Source: Planctomycetota bacterium
GTDB lineage: Bacteria; Planctomycetota; UBA1135; UBA2386
Length of the DNA stretch: 64,000 bases
Reading direction: 5' to 3'
NCBI GenBank assembly: GCA_046290465.1
Contig: JBKAGP010000001.1
Span: 2,240,001 to 2,304,000 of the forward strand
Shown: piece by piece, positions 1 to 10,558 of the stretch
Layout: each line of letters begins with the position of its first letter
How positions within the stretch are numbered: the first letter of the stretch is position 1
Notes under the pieces: generated by a model
Told to the model about the DNA's origin: nothing
Databases searched by the model: none
The model's input: the letters and a program-made list of their open reading frames with translations, nothing else
Made by a program: the position numbers and the translations under genes

Positions 1-1489
<1,489 letters not shown>

Positions 1490-1493
<4 letters not shown>

Positions 1494-2224
1494 CGCGGCC
1501 TCCGTAGCAGGTCGACGCGGATCGGCTGTTCGAACCGGGCCCCGTCGGCGCCGACGTGTGCCGCGAACGCCGCCCGCGTGCGCGCCCACTGTTCGTCGTC
1601 GAGGCGGTGCTCGCTGTGCGTGGCGCGGATCACCGACCGCTCGAACGCGGCGAAGTCCGGGAAGTGCACGTCGGCGCGGAAGAACGTCTGCGAGACCAGC
1701 TCGAGCACGCCGCGCTGCAGCGCGCGATCGATCGCCAGGTGCGCCTCGCGCCGCACCTCCGCTTCGTCGTGGAAGATGCGCAGCACGTCGTTGTAGGCGT
1801 CGCGGTAGAGCGGCTCGGAGACGTAGGCGTGCCCGGACGGACGCAGCACGCGCGCGACCTCGTCGAGCGCCGCGTCCATGTCGGAGACCGGCACGTGGTG
1901 CAGCGACTTGAACAAGAACACGCAGTCGAACGTCGTGTCGGGCTCGGGGATGCGCTGCGCGCCGCCGAGGCCGAAGCGCACGCCGGGCAGGTCGTCGATC
2001 GCGAGGTTGGCGCGGTGCTGCACCTCGTCGACCTCGAGCGCGACGACCTCGCGCCCCGGCCCGCCGCGGGCGATCGCGCGGGTGTGCGCGGCGCGGCCGC
2101 AGCCGAGTTCGAGGATGCGGCGACCGTCGAGCTGCAGCAGTTCGCGCACGACCTGCTGTTCGTCGACGACGCGCTCGATGGGCCGCTGCAGCCCTTCGTC
2201 GCGCGCCGGCCGCACGACGCTCAC
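1490..2224 (-). CDS. Class I SAM-dependent methyltransferase
   Basis: ILELGCGRA motif I; FDCVFLFKSLHHV; ALDEVARVLRPSG. Confidence 0.9.
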
Positions 2225-3201
2225 GGCGCCTCTGCGTCGTCGCCGTCGGTGCCGGTAAGCCGCAGGAACGTCTCCTCGAGGCTGTCGCCCTCGCGCATCG
2301 ACTTCGGCGGCAGGCCGAGATCGAGCAACTGGCGCAACACCGCCGCGGCGACCGCCTCGACCTCGAGGCCTTCGGGCAGCGCGAACTCGATGCGGTAGCG
2401 CTGCGGGCCGCGGGCGACGATCGCGCCGACGCCCACCACCGCCGCGAGCCTGGCCCGTTCGTCGTCGGTCAACGGCCGGCGCAGCTCGAGCTCGAGCATG
2501 TGGCCGCCGCGCGTCACCTCCTCGACGGTGCCGGCGGCGCGCACCCGCCCCTTGTCGAGGATCGCCACGTGGTCGCAGAGCTCCTGGATCTCGGTCAGGT
2601 TGTGCGAACTGATCAGCGTCGTGACGTTGCGCTCGCGCTGCATCGCGAGCACCAGGTCGCGGATCTGCCGCGCGTTCTGCGGGTCGAGGCCGCTGGTCGG
2701 CTCGTCGAGCAGGATCAGCTCCGGCTCGCCGAGGAACGCCTGCGCGATCCCCATGCGCTTGAGCATGCCGTGCGACAGCGCGTGGATGCCGCGGTTCTTG
2801 TATTCGGCGATGCCGACCTTCTCGAGCGCCTCCTCGACCTCGCGCGCGGCGGTCTGCTTGTCCTTGCCGTCGAGCAGGCGGAAGAACACCAGCTGCTCGA
2901 GGATCGGCACGTTCTTCTGGAACGCGGCGTCCTGCGGCAGGATCGTCATGCGTCCCTGCAGTTCGTCGATGCGCGACACCGACGTGCCGAGGATGTCGAT
3001 GGTGCCGGCGTCGGCGGACAGGAAGCCGGCCGCCAGCGAGAACAGGGTCGTCTTGCCGGCGCCGTTGGGGCCGAGCAGCCCGAAGATCGAACCGCGCGGC
3101 ACGTCGAACGAGACGCCGTCGAGCGCGATGTTGCCGTCGAAGCTCTTGCGCAGGTCGTCGACGCGCAGCGCCAAGCCCGTGATGGTCGTGTCGATGCTCA
3201 C
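2221..3201 (-). CDS. ABC transporter ATP-binding protein (ABC-2 type)
   Basis: Walker A GPNGAGKTT, signature LSHGM, Walker B ILLDEPT, H-loop SSHNL; GTG start overlaps the upstream stop. Confidence 0.93.
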   Translation of the reverse strand: MSIDTTITGLALRVDDLRKSFDGNIALDGVSFDVPRGSIFGLLGPNGAGKTTLFSLAAGFLSADAGTIDILGTSVSRIDELQGRMTILPQDAAFQKNVPILEQLVFFRLLDGKDKQTAAREVEEALEKVGIAEYKNRGIHALSHGMLKRMGIAQAFLGEPELILLDEPTSGLDPQNARQIRDLVLAMQRERNVTTLISSHNLTEIQELCDHVAILDKGRVRAAGTVEEVTRGGHMLELELRRPLTDDERARLAAVVGVGAIVARGPQRYRIEFALPEGLEVEAVAAAVLRQLLDLGLPPKSMREGDSLEETFLRLTGTDGDDAEAP

Positions 3202-4130
3202 AGGTCGCGCCTCACGAACTTGCGGTGGCCGAGCCAGAAGAACAGTGCCGCCTGCGCGACGCAGCCGGTCGCGGCCAGCGCCACCTGGGACGGTTCGTTG
3301 TGGAACAGCCGGGTCTGGAAGCCCCAGGGCAGCACGTAGTTGATGTACTGGGCCGGCTCGTAGGTGTTGCGCGCGATCATCGCGAGCAGCGGCACGCCGC
3401 CGATGATCAGCGACACGATCGTCAGCGAACCGAACGCCGAGCCGATCGACGCCGAGATCCACGAGCACAGGCCGACGTAGGGCAGCGTCGCGACCGCCAG
3501 GGCGAGCATGCTGTAGAGCGTCCAGCTGACCACGGCGCCGCCGTCGTAGAGCGGCAGCTTGAGCGCGAGGTAGCCCGAGATCGTGACCCCGAGCATCAGC
3601 AGCACCAGCGCGAACGTGATCAGCATGCCGAGCAGCCGGCCCACGAAGATGCTGGTTCGATCGGCGCGTAACAGCTGGTAGCGCAACTGCCGGGAGCTGA
3701 TGTCGCCGGCGTACAGGTCGAACGCGCCGAACGCGACGATCAGTGGCCAGCCGAACAGCAGGATCATGAAGATGGCCGACAGGATCGACGGCCGTTCTTC
3801 GAGCAGGTAGTCGGCCCAGGCGTCGGCCTCGTCGGCGTTGGCGCGGTCGACGTCCGGATCGCCGCTCTCGGGGGCCGACAGCAGCCACGCGACCGGTTGC
3901 CGCGCCTGGCGCATCAGCCGTTCGAGCACGTCGGCCCGGATCTCGTCGCGCGAAGCGTCGGGGTCGTGCTCCATGACCTGGTTGGTCATCATCTCGACCG
4001 GCGACAACATCGTGTGCGCGACGATCAGGCCGAACGTCAGCGACAGCAGCAGGAACACCAGACCGACGCCGCCGCGCACCGAGTAGCGGGCGCTGTAGCG
4101 GGCGATCAGCAGGGACTTGTTGACGTCCAA
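3198..4130 (-). CDS. ABC-2 transporter permease
   Basis: Several hydrophobic helices; GDISSRQLRYQLLR...IFVGRLLG resembles the ABC-2 permease motif; coupled to the ATPase gene. Confidence 0.85.
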   Translation of the reverse strand: MDVNKSLLIARYSARYSVRGGVGLVFLLLSLTFGLIVAHTMLSPVEMMTNQVMEHDPDASRDEIRADVLERLMRQARQPVAWLLSAPESGDPDVDRANADEADAWADYLLEERPSILSAIFMILLFGWPLIVAFGAFDLYAGDISSRQLRYQLLRADRTSIFVGRLLGMLITFALVLLMLGVTISGYLALKLPLYDGGAVVSWTLYSMLALAVATLPYVGLCSWISASIGSAFGSLTIVSLIIGGVPLLAMIARNTYEPAQYINYVLPWGFQTRLFHNEPSQVALAATGCVAQAALFFWLGHRKFVRRDL

Positions 4131-4182
4131 GGCGGCAGCCTCCGTCGGTTCGTGAGGGGTGCGGCGGGAGTCCGCGCCGGGA

Positions 4183-4641
4183 TCAGCGCGTCAGATCGTG
4201 CTTGAACGTCGTGTTGACGAGCACGAGCGTCAGGACCGGGTAGACCAGGCCGATGATCGTGCCGATGTTGAAGCCGCCGCCGGCTTCGGCCGACACGACC
4301 GCGCCCGTCACCAGCGACGAGACGATCGCGAGCAGGCCGTAGACCGAACCGAGCCCGCGGCCGAGCACCTTCTTCTGCTTGAGGTAGCCGACGCCCGACG
4401 CGATCAGCAGGAAGGCGTTGACGATCATCAGGGCGAGCATCGCGTAGAAGACGCCCATCCCGATCTCTTCCCAGGCGCGCGCCGCCTCACGCATCGATTC
4501 GTCTTCCGAACCTTCGCTGGCAGCCTGGATCAGGGCGAGCAGGGCGACCATGCCGAGCACGCCGATCGCGCTGAAACCACCGAACACGAAATTGATCACG
4601 GCCAACGCAGTCAGGCCACCGGGACGCTTACCTTCGCTCAT
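4183..4641 (-). CDS. Small membrane protein (about 4 TM helices)
   Basis: KRPGGLTALAVINFVFG... with four hydrophobic segments. Confidence 0.8.
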   Translation of the reverse strand: MSEGKRPGGLTALAVINFVFGGFSAIGVLGMVALLALIQAASEGSEDESMREAARAWEEIGMGVFYAMLALMIVNAFLLIASGVGYLKQKKVLGRGLGSVYGLLAIVSSLVTGAVVSAEAGGGFNIGTIIGLVYPVLTLVLVNTTFKHDLTR

Positions 4642-4771
4642 TCCTCTGTCTTCCTTCGATCGAATGCCAATGTGAGCGCGCTATGCGAACGGGAACGGCG
4701 GGCCAACGCAAGCACGGCCATGCGGAGACGCTGGATCACCCGGCACGGACGGCCGGGAAACGGGCCCGGCC

Positions 4772-4831
4772 CAGGCCCGGCGGACACAGGCCCGGCGGAC
4801 ACAGGCCCGCCGGACACCGGCCCGCCGGACA
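4772..4831. repeat. 4 x 15-bp intergenic tandem repeat
   Basis: caggcccggcggaca x2, caggcccgccggaca, ccggcccgccggaca. Confidence 0.9.
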
Positions 4832-4882
4832 CGGGCTCGCGGGTCCTGCTCACGGTCGGAAGGCTCTAGTCCCGGAACAGAG

Positions 4883-5767
4883 CTATCCGACCAATTGGGT
4901 CGCCCAGGGGCGGGTGAGGAGGTCGGTGCGGATGTAGGCGACGTTGCGGGCCTTGGGGGAGTCGCGCAGCTGGTCGGGGGTGCAGGGGGTGACGCGCTTG
5001 TCGTCGTGGATCTCGAACAGGGTGAAGCCCTGGCTGCAGACGACGTCGAGGTGCTCGTCGAGGTCGATGCCGGCGCGCTTCAGGAACTTGGGGGAGACCT
5101 CGCTGGCGATCACGGCGCAGCGCTGCAGCACGTCGCCGGCGCCGACGAACGCCTGGTGCTCGGCGCCCTCGATGTCGATCTTGAGCAGCGAGATCGTGCG
5201 GCCCTCGAGCCCCTCGGACCGGTAGAGGTCGGCCAGCGTTCGCGCCTCGACCTCGACCCGCTCCGCCCCGTCGAACGGCACCAGCGAATGCTTGCCGCGG
5301 TTGCTCTTCTTCCACAGGTAGAGCTCGAGCGTGCCGGGCGCGTCGCTGACGGCGCAGAAGTGCGGCACGACCGAACCCGCGCCGTTCTGCTCGAGGTTGT
5401 GCAGCAGCTGGCGATGGTTGTCGGCCTCGGCCTCGATCGCGTGCACCGGCACGCCGTCGCCGCAGACCTTGTGCGCCAGCACGCTGTAGTAGCCGACGTT
5501 CGCGCCGACGTCGAAGATCACGTCCTGCGGCGCACTGCTCAGGTAGCGCAACAGGAAGTCGGTCACGCCCGGCTCGTAGTGGCCGGTCTTGTAGAGCCGT
5601 CGCGCCAGCATGTCCTCGGACCCGGCGCGCAGCGTCGCCGACAGCCACGGCAGGTCGGCGGTAAGGTCCGCACGCTTCCGCACGTAGGTGTGCAGGTTGT
5701 AGGCCAACGACCGCCACATGCGCTTGAGCCCGGCGTGCTCGCGCGGCGTGAACTTCGGGGACGTCAC
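4883..5767 (-). CDS. FkbM family methyltransferase (start uncertain)
   Basis: IFDVGANVGYYS, VHAIEAE, LLKIDIEGAE motifs. Confidence 0.9.
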   Translation of the reverse strand: MTSPKFTPREHAGLKRMWRSLAYNLHTYVRKRADLTADLPWLSATLRAGSEDMLARRLYKTGHYEPGVTDFLLRYLSSAPQDVIFDVGANVGYYSVLAHKVCGDGVPVHAIEAEADNHRQLLHNLEQNGAGSVVPHFCAVSDAPGTLELYLWKKSNRGKHSLVPFDGAERVEVEARTLADLYRSEGLEGRTISLLKIDIEGAEHQAFVGAGDVLQRCAVIASEVSPKFLKRAGIDLDEHLDVVCSQGFTLFEIHDDKRVTPCTPDQLRDSPKARNVAYIRTDLLTRPWATQLVG

Positions 5768-5861
5768 CCAGGGGACCGTAGGGGCGACCGCCACGCCGGG
5801 CCAACGATTCCCGCGGCGCCGGCTTTGCGCGCGCCGGGCGATCGGCCAATCTGGGGCCGCG

Positions 5862-6494
5862 ATGTACCTGACCCGACACTTCGTCTTCGTGCACATCCCG
5901 AAGACCGGCGGCAACTTCGTGCGCGAGCTGCTGGAGCGCTACGCGCCCGCAGACTGGCAGGTGCAGCGCCTCGACGACCACCTCAAGCACGACAGCATCC
6001 CGGCCAGCCACCGCGACCTGCCGCGCCTGGCGATCGCGCGCAACCCGTTCGCGTGGCACGTGTCGTGGTACCACTTCCAGCGAAAGCACCCATCGGACTT
6101 CTTCCGGTGGATCAGCGCCGACGACACGCTCGACTTCCGCGCCACGATGCGCCGCGCCTACACCGGCGACGGCCCGCTCGCCAACAGCTCCGGCGCGCTG
6201 ACGCAGACGCTGATCGACATGCTCGGCCAGGGCCTCGAAGGCGCGAAGGTCGGCAAGATGGAGACCCTGCGCAAGGACCTGCTGCGCCTGTTCGGCGAAT
6301 GCGTCGAGGTCCCCGCCGAACTCGACCGGGCGATCCGCGACCTGCCGCCGCAGAACGCCAGCCGCCACGCCCACTACAGCACCTACTACGACGACGAGCT
6401 GCGCCGGATCGTGCGCGCCAAAGACGCGCCGGTGTTCGACTTCTTCGGCTACGAGTGGGAATCCGCCCCGCCGACGGCCGACGGCCCGGCTTGA
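5862..6494 (+). CDS. Sulfotransferase family protein
   Basis: FVFVHIPKTGG (5'-PSB), ARNPFAWHVSWY (3'-PB), C-terminal YYDDELR...DAPVFDFFGY. Confidence 0.88.
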   Translation: MYLTRHFVFVHIPKTGGNFVRELLERYAPADWQVQRLDDHLKHDSIPASHRDLPRLAIARNPFAWHVSWYHFQRKHPSDFFRWISADDTLDFRATMRRAYTGDGPLANSSGALTQTLIDMLGQGLEGAKVGKMETLRKDLLRLFGECVEVPAELDRAIRDLPPQNASRHAHYSTYYDDELRRIVRAKDAPVFDFFGYEWESAPPTADGPA

Positions 6495-6577
6495 CCTCGG
6501 CTTGACCGGGGGCCGCGGAACTGTCGAAGAAGGCAGTTGCGTGGACCAGGGCCGGTGGCTTTACTGGTCGCGCCGCC

Positions 6578-6670
<93 letters not shown>

Positions 6671-6733
6671 GCTTTTCCCCTGAGGACCCTCCTCGCGGGG
6701 CGCTGGATCCGCCGCGGCGATGCCCGACGCATC

Positions 6734-7303
6734 ATGACGCGCGCCCCGACGTCGACGCTCCTCCTCGTTCTCGCCGCTGTCGGCGCCGGCTGCCAGGCAC
6801 CCGGCCCGAAGCTGACGATCGAGAACCCGGACCGCGAGCAGGTGTTCCTCGACGGACGGCGCATCCTGACCGGCCGCGAGCAGGCCGACGAGCGATCCGC
6901 GGACCGCCCGTCGCAGCAGACGGCGGAGCAGGACGCGAACGGCCAAACCCCGAATCGGCAGGATCCCGACCGCGACGTCGCGCTGCAGAGCGTCGCCGAA
7001 CTGCCGTTCCGCTACTACGGCGCGACCCGCTGGGACGTGCTGCCGAACGTGCGCCAGGACAACGGCGTGCCGGTGTTCGACGAAGGGCCGCAGAGCGTCG
7101 AGGTCGAACTGGCTCCGCCGGCGAGCCCGTGGCTGTTCCCGTTCGACTTCCCGATCGAGCTGATCGACCGTGCGCTGCACGGCCGGCGCGACGTCAAGGT
7201 CACCGTGTCGGCCAGGCCGAAGCCGATGATCCAGGGCGAGATCCCGCCGGAAGAGCTCGGCAGACTGAGCGCGCGCGCCCGCGCGGCGCGCAGCCAGCGA
7301 TGA
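6734..7303 (+). CDS. Putative lipoprotein
   Basis: Hydrophobic N-terminus ending in lipobox-like VGAG-C; stop overlaps the murD ATG. Confidence 0.75.
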   Translation: MTRAPTSTLLLVLAAVGAGCQAPGPKLTIENPDREQVFLDGRRILTGREQADERSADRPSQQTAEQDANGQTPNRQDPDRDVALQSVAELPFRYYGATRWDVLPNVRQDNGVPVFDEGPQSVEVELAPPASPWLFPFDFPIELIDRALHGRRDVKVTVSARPKPMIQGEIPPEELGRLSARARAARSQR

Positions 7304-8700
7304 CGGCCGACCCGGCGCTGCCGCGGCCCGGCACGCGCGCGCTGGTGCACGGCCTCGGCCGCTTCGGTGGCGGCCGCGAGGCGACCCGCTTCCTGCACCG
7401 GCGCGGCTGCTCGGTGCGCGTCGCCGACGCCAGCGACTCCGCCGAACTGCGCGAGGTCGCCGCGGCGTTCGGCGACACCGACATCGACTGGCAGCTCGGC
7501 CGCGAGGACCTCGGGCTGCTCGACGACGTCGACCTGGTCGTCACCAGCCCGGCCGTGCCCGACCACAACCCGCTGCTGCAGGAGGCGCGCCGTCGCGGCC
7601 TGCCGACCACGCAGGAGTGCGAACTGTTCCTCGCCGCGTATCCGGGGCGGGTCGTCGGCGTCACCGGCACCAACGGCAAGTCGTCGACGTCGACGCTGCT
7701 GCACCGCGCGCTGCAGCGGGCCGGCGTCGACGCGCTGCTCGGCGGCAACATCGGCCACAGCCTGCTCGCCGACGAGGCCGACTGGCGCGCCGACCAGGTC
7801 GCGGTGCTCGAGATGTCGAGCTTCCAGCTCGAGCGGTTCGCACCACAGCGCCGCGTGCACGGCGCGGTGTTCACGCGCATCGGCAGCGACCACCTCGACC
7901 GCCACGGCACACTGCAGCGCTACCGCGAGGCCAAGGGCCGGCTGGCCCGGGCGGCCACCGCGTTCGTCGTGCACGGCGCCGACGATCCGGTCGCGACGGC
8001 CTACGCCACCGACGCAGAACGGCGCGGCTACTACGGTCGCGACATTACCGGCCCCGGCAGCGCCGGCACCGCGCGCGGCTATGTGCAGGTGCGCCCCGGC
8101 CGCGACGCCGCGCGCCCGGTCGTGCACCGCGACGCGCTGCACCTGCTCGGCGACTTCCAGCTCGAGAACGTGATGGCCGGCAGCCTCGCCGCGGCGTGGC
8201 TCGGTGCCGATCTCGGCGCGGTCGGCTTCGCGATGGCGACCGCGCAGCCGCTGCCGTTCCGCCTGCAGCTGCTGCACGTGCTCGACGGCGTGCAGATGTT
8301 CGACAACGCGGTCTCGACCGAGGTCGAGTCGACGCAGCAGGCGCTGGCCACGCTCGCGCGCACCGGCCAGCGCGTGCACTGGCTCGGCGGCGGCAAGAGC
8401 AAGGACGGCGACCACGGCAAGGTCGCGCGCGCGATCGCCCGCCACGCGGCCTCGGCGCACGTGTTCGGCGCCGCCGCCGAGCCGTTCGCGGACGCGATGC
8501 GCGACGCGATCCCGACCTGCTCGCACGCGACCCTCGCCGCCGCGCTGGCCTCGGCGATGCAGCACGCGCAGCCCGGGGACGCGGTCCTGTTCAGCCCGGC
8601 GTTCGCTTCGTTCGATCAGTACCCCAACTTCCGCGCGCGGGCCCTGGAGTTCCACGGCCTGCTGCGCGAACGGCGTGCGGCGAACGCCGCGAACGGCTAG
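7300..8700 (+). CDS. murD: UDP-N-acetylmuramoyl-L-alanine--D-glutamate ligase
   Basis: GLGRFGGG, VVTSPAVP, GVTGTNGKSST, GGNIG, VLEMSSFQL, DHLDRH, FSPAFASFDQY. Confidence 0.9.
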   Translation: MTADPALPRPGTRALVHGLGRFGGGREATRFLHRRGCSVRVADASDSAELREVAAAFGDTDIDWQLGREDLGLLDDVDLVVTSPAVPDHNPLLQEARRRGLPTTQECELFLAAYPGRVVGVTGTNGKSSTSTLLHRALQRAGVDALLGGNIGHSLLADEADWRADQVAVLEMSSFQLERFAPQRRVHGAVFTRIGSDHLDRHGTLQRYREAKGRLARAATAFVVHGADDPVATAYATDAERRGYYGRDITGPGSAGTARGYVQVRPGRDAARPVVHRDALHLLGDFQLENVMAGSLAAAWLGADLGAVGFAMATAQPLPFRLQLLHVLDGVQMFDNAVSTEVESTQQALATLARTGQRVHWLGGGKSKDGDHGKVARAIARHAASAHVFGAAAEPFADAMRDAIPTCSHATLAAALASAMQHAQPGDAVLFSPAFASFDQYPNFRARALEFHGLLRERRAANAANG

Positions 8701-8712
8701 GGTTCGGGTAAC

Positions 8713-9249
8713 GTGACGGAGCACATGCAGTACTGCACCGCGTGCCAGAAGGCGATCGCGACCATCGTGGTCATGGACCTCACCGAGGGCTCGGTGAGCG
8801 GCAGCCAGCACGTCTGCGCGGCGTGCGCCGAGCAGCTCGGCGTGACCCCGCCGAAGCAGCCGAAGTTCTCGAGCGAGATGCTCGAGGACCTGCTCGGCGG
8901 CCTGAAGGAGCCCGGCGAGACCGAGCGCCGTTCGGCGCCGCGCGTCGAGTGCTGCCCCGGCTGCGGCATGGCGCCCGGCGATTTCCGCCAGAAGGGCCGC
9001 CTCGGCTGCCCGCGCTGCTACGAGGCCTTCCGGCACGAGCTGATGCCGCTGCTGCAGCGCATCCACGAGGCCCAGAGCCACACCGGCCGCCTGCCGTCGA
9101 CGATGGCCGACGCGCCGATCGAGCACGACGCGCCCGACCTCAGCCAGCTGCGCAAGAAGCTCGAGGACGCGGTGCGCGGCGAACGCTACGAAGAGGCCGC
9201 GCAGCTGCGCGACGAACTGCGCCGCGCCGAGCGCGGCGAGGTCCGCTGA
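8713..9249 (+). CDS. mcsA: McsA, activator of the protein-arginine kinase (UVR domain)
   Basis: CxxC pairs (CTAC, CAAC, CPGC, CPRC), GRLGCPRCY, C-terminal UVR AVRGERYEEAAQLRD; directly upstream of mcsB. Confidence 0.93.
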   Translation: MTEHMQYCTACQKAIATIVVMDLTEGSVSGSQHVCAACAEQLGVTPPKQPKFSSEMLEDLLGGLKEPGETERRSAPRVECCPGCGMAPGDFRQKGRLGCPRCYEAFRHELMPLLQRIHEAQSHTGRLPSTMADAPIEHDAPDLSQLRKKLEDAVRGERYEEAAQLRDELRRAERGEVR

Positions 9250-10337
9250 TGGTGCACAAGCGCAACCCGCGGGACCGCTCCGAGGACGGCCCGCCCGAGT
9301 TCCGCCCCGGAGCGTGGCTGCAGGGCACCGGCCCCAACAGCGACATCGCGATCTGCACGCGCGCGCGGCTGGCGCGCAACCTGCAGGGGTTCGCGTTCGC
9401 GCCGTGCCTCGAGGAAGAAGAGTCCGAACGGCTCTACGCCTACGTCGTCGATCGGCTGCAGCAGCCCGGCCTGCCCGAGAAGCTCAACGTCGTCGACCTC
9501 GACCCGGTCGAGGACCTCGAGCGTTCGATGCTGGTCGAGCGCCACCTGATCAGCCGCGAGCTCGCGTCGAGCGAACGCCACACCGGCGTCGCCGTCGACT
9601 ACGACGAGAGCGTCGCGATCATGATCAACGAGGAGGACCACGTGCGCGCGCAGGTGTTCGGGTCCGGCCTGCAGCCCGACGACGTCTGGCGCCGCATGGA
9701 ACGGCTCGACGACGCGCTGATGCAGCGCCTGCCGATGGCGTGGTCGGAGGAGTTCGGGTTCTTGACGTCGTGCCCGACCAACACCGGCACCGGCCTGCGC
9801 CTGTCGGTGATGCTGCACCTGCCCGGACTGGTCTGGTCCGAGGAGATCGACAAGGCGACCAACGTCGCGCAGAAGATCCACCTGGCCGTTCGCGGCCTCT
9901 ACGGCGAGGGCAGCCGCGCGCTCGGCGACTTCTACCAGGTCAGCAACCAGATCACGCTCGGCCGCGACGAGGCCCAGATCCGCGGCGACGTGATGCTGGC
10001 CGTCGGCCGCATCGTGCAGTGGGAGCAGGAGGTGCGCGAGGCGCTGCTGCGCGGCAGCGCGCGGCTGAAGACCCTCGACCGCGTGCACCGCGCGCTCGGC
10101 ACGCTCGAGCGCGCCCAGATCCTGACCAGCGAGGAGGCCCTCGGCTGCCTGTCGGCGCTGCGCTTCGGCGTGCACACCGGCCTCGTCGACGGCTTCGAGC
10201 CGCAGGCCGTCAACCAGGCGCTGCTGCTGTCGCAGCCGGCCCACCTGCAGCGCTACACGCGACAGACGCTGTCGCCCGAGGAGCGGGACCAGCGGCGGGC
10301 GCAGCTGCTGCGCGAACTGCTCGGCTGCGCGCCGTAG
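9249..10337 (+). CDS. mcsB: Protein-arginine kinase McsB
   Basis: RARLARNL, LVERHLIS, MINEEDH, LTSCPTNTGTGLR, VRGLYGEGS, YQVSNQITLG. Confidence 0.95.
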   Translation: MVHKRNPRDRSEDGPPEFRPGAWLQGTGPNSDIAICTRARLARNLQGFAFAPCLEEEESERLYAYVVDRLQQPGLPEKLNVVDLDPVEDLERSMLVERHLISRELASSERHTGVAVDYDESVAIMINEEDHVRAQVFGSGLQPDDVWRRMERLDDALMQRLPMAWSEEFGFLTSCPTNTGTGLRLSVMLHLPGLVWSEEIDKATNVAQKIHLAVRGLYGEGSRALGDFYQVSNQITLGRDEAQIRGDVMLAVGRIVQWEQEVREALLRGSARLKTLDRVHRALGTLERAQILTSEEALGCLSALRFGVHTGLVDGFEPQAVNQALLLSQPAHLQRYTRQTLSPEERDQRRAQLLRELLGCAP

Positions 10338-10504
10338 GCCGCTGGTCGAGGCCCTGCGAACCCGCGTAACCGCCGCTGCAAGCGGCAGGAACAACGATCA
10401 AGGCTCTGCCGTCGGAGCGTTGCAATCGTCGACACCCGGCGTCCCAGATTTTCGCCCAACTCCCATTGCGAACCTGGATCTCCAAGTCGAGTAAATCCTA
10501 TACC

Positions 10505-10534
10505 GCTGGCATCCGATCAGAGGATCGGTACAGC
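10505..10534 (+). promoter_or_regulatory. Stem-loop upstream of clpC
   Basis: ccgatc-agag-gatcgg (10513-10528), extended by gctg/cagc. Confidence 0.4.
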
Positions 10535-10558
10535 AGAGGCCACCGAGGGTTACACCGC

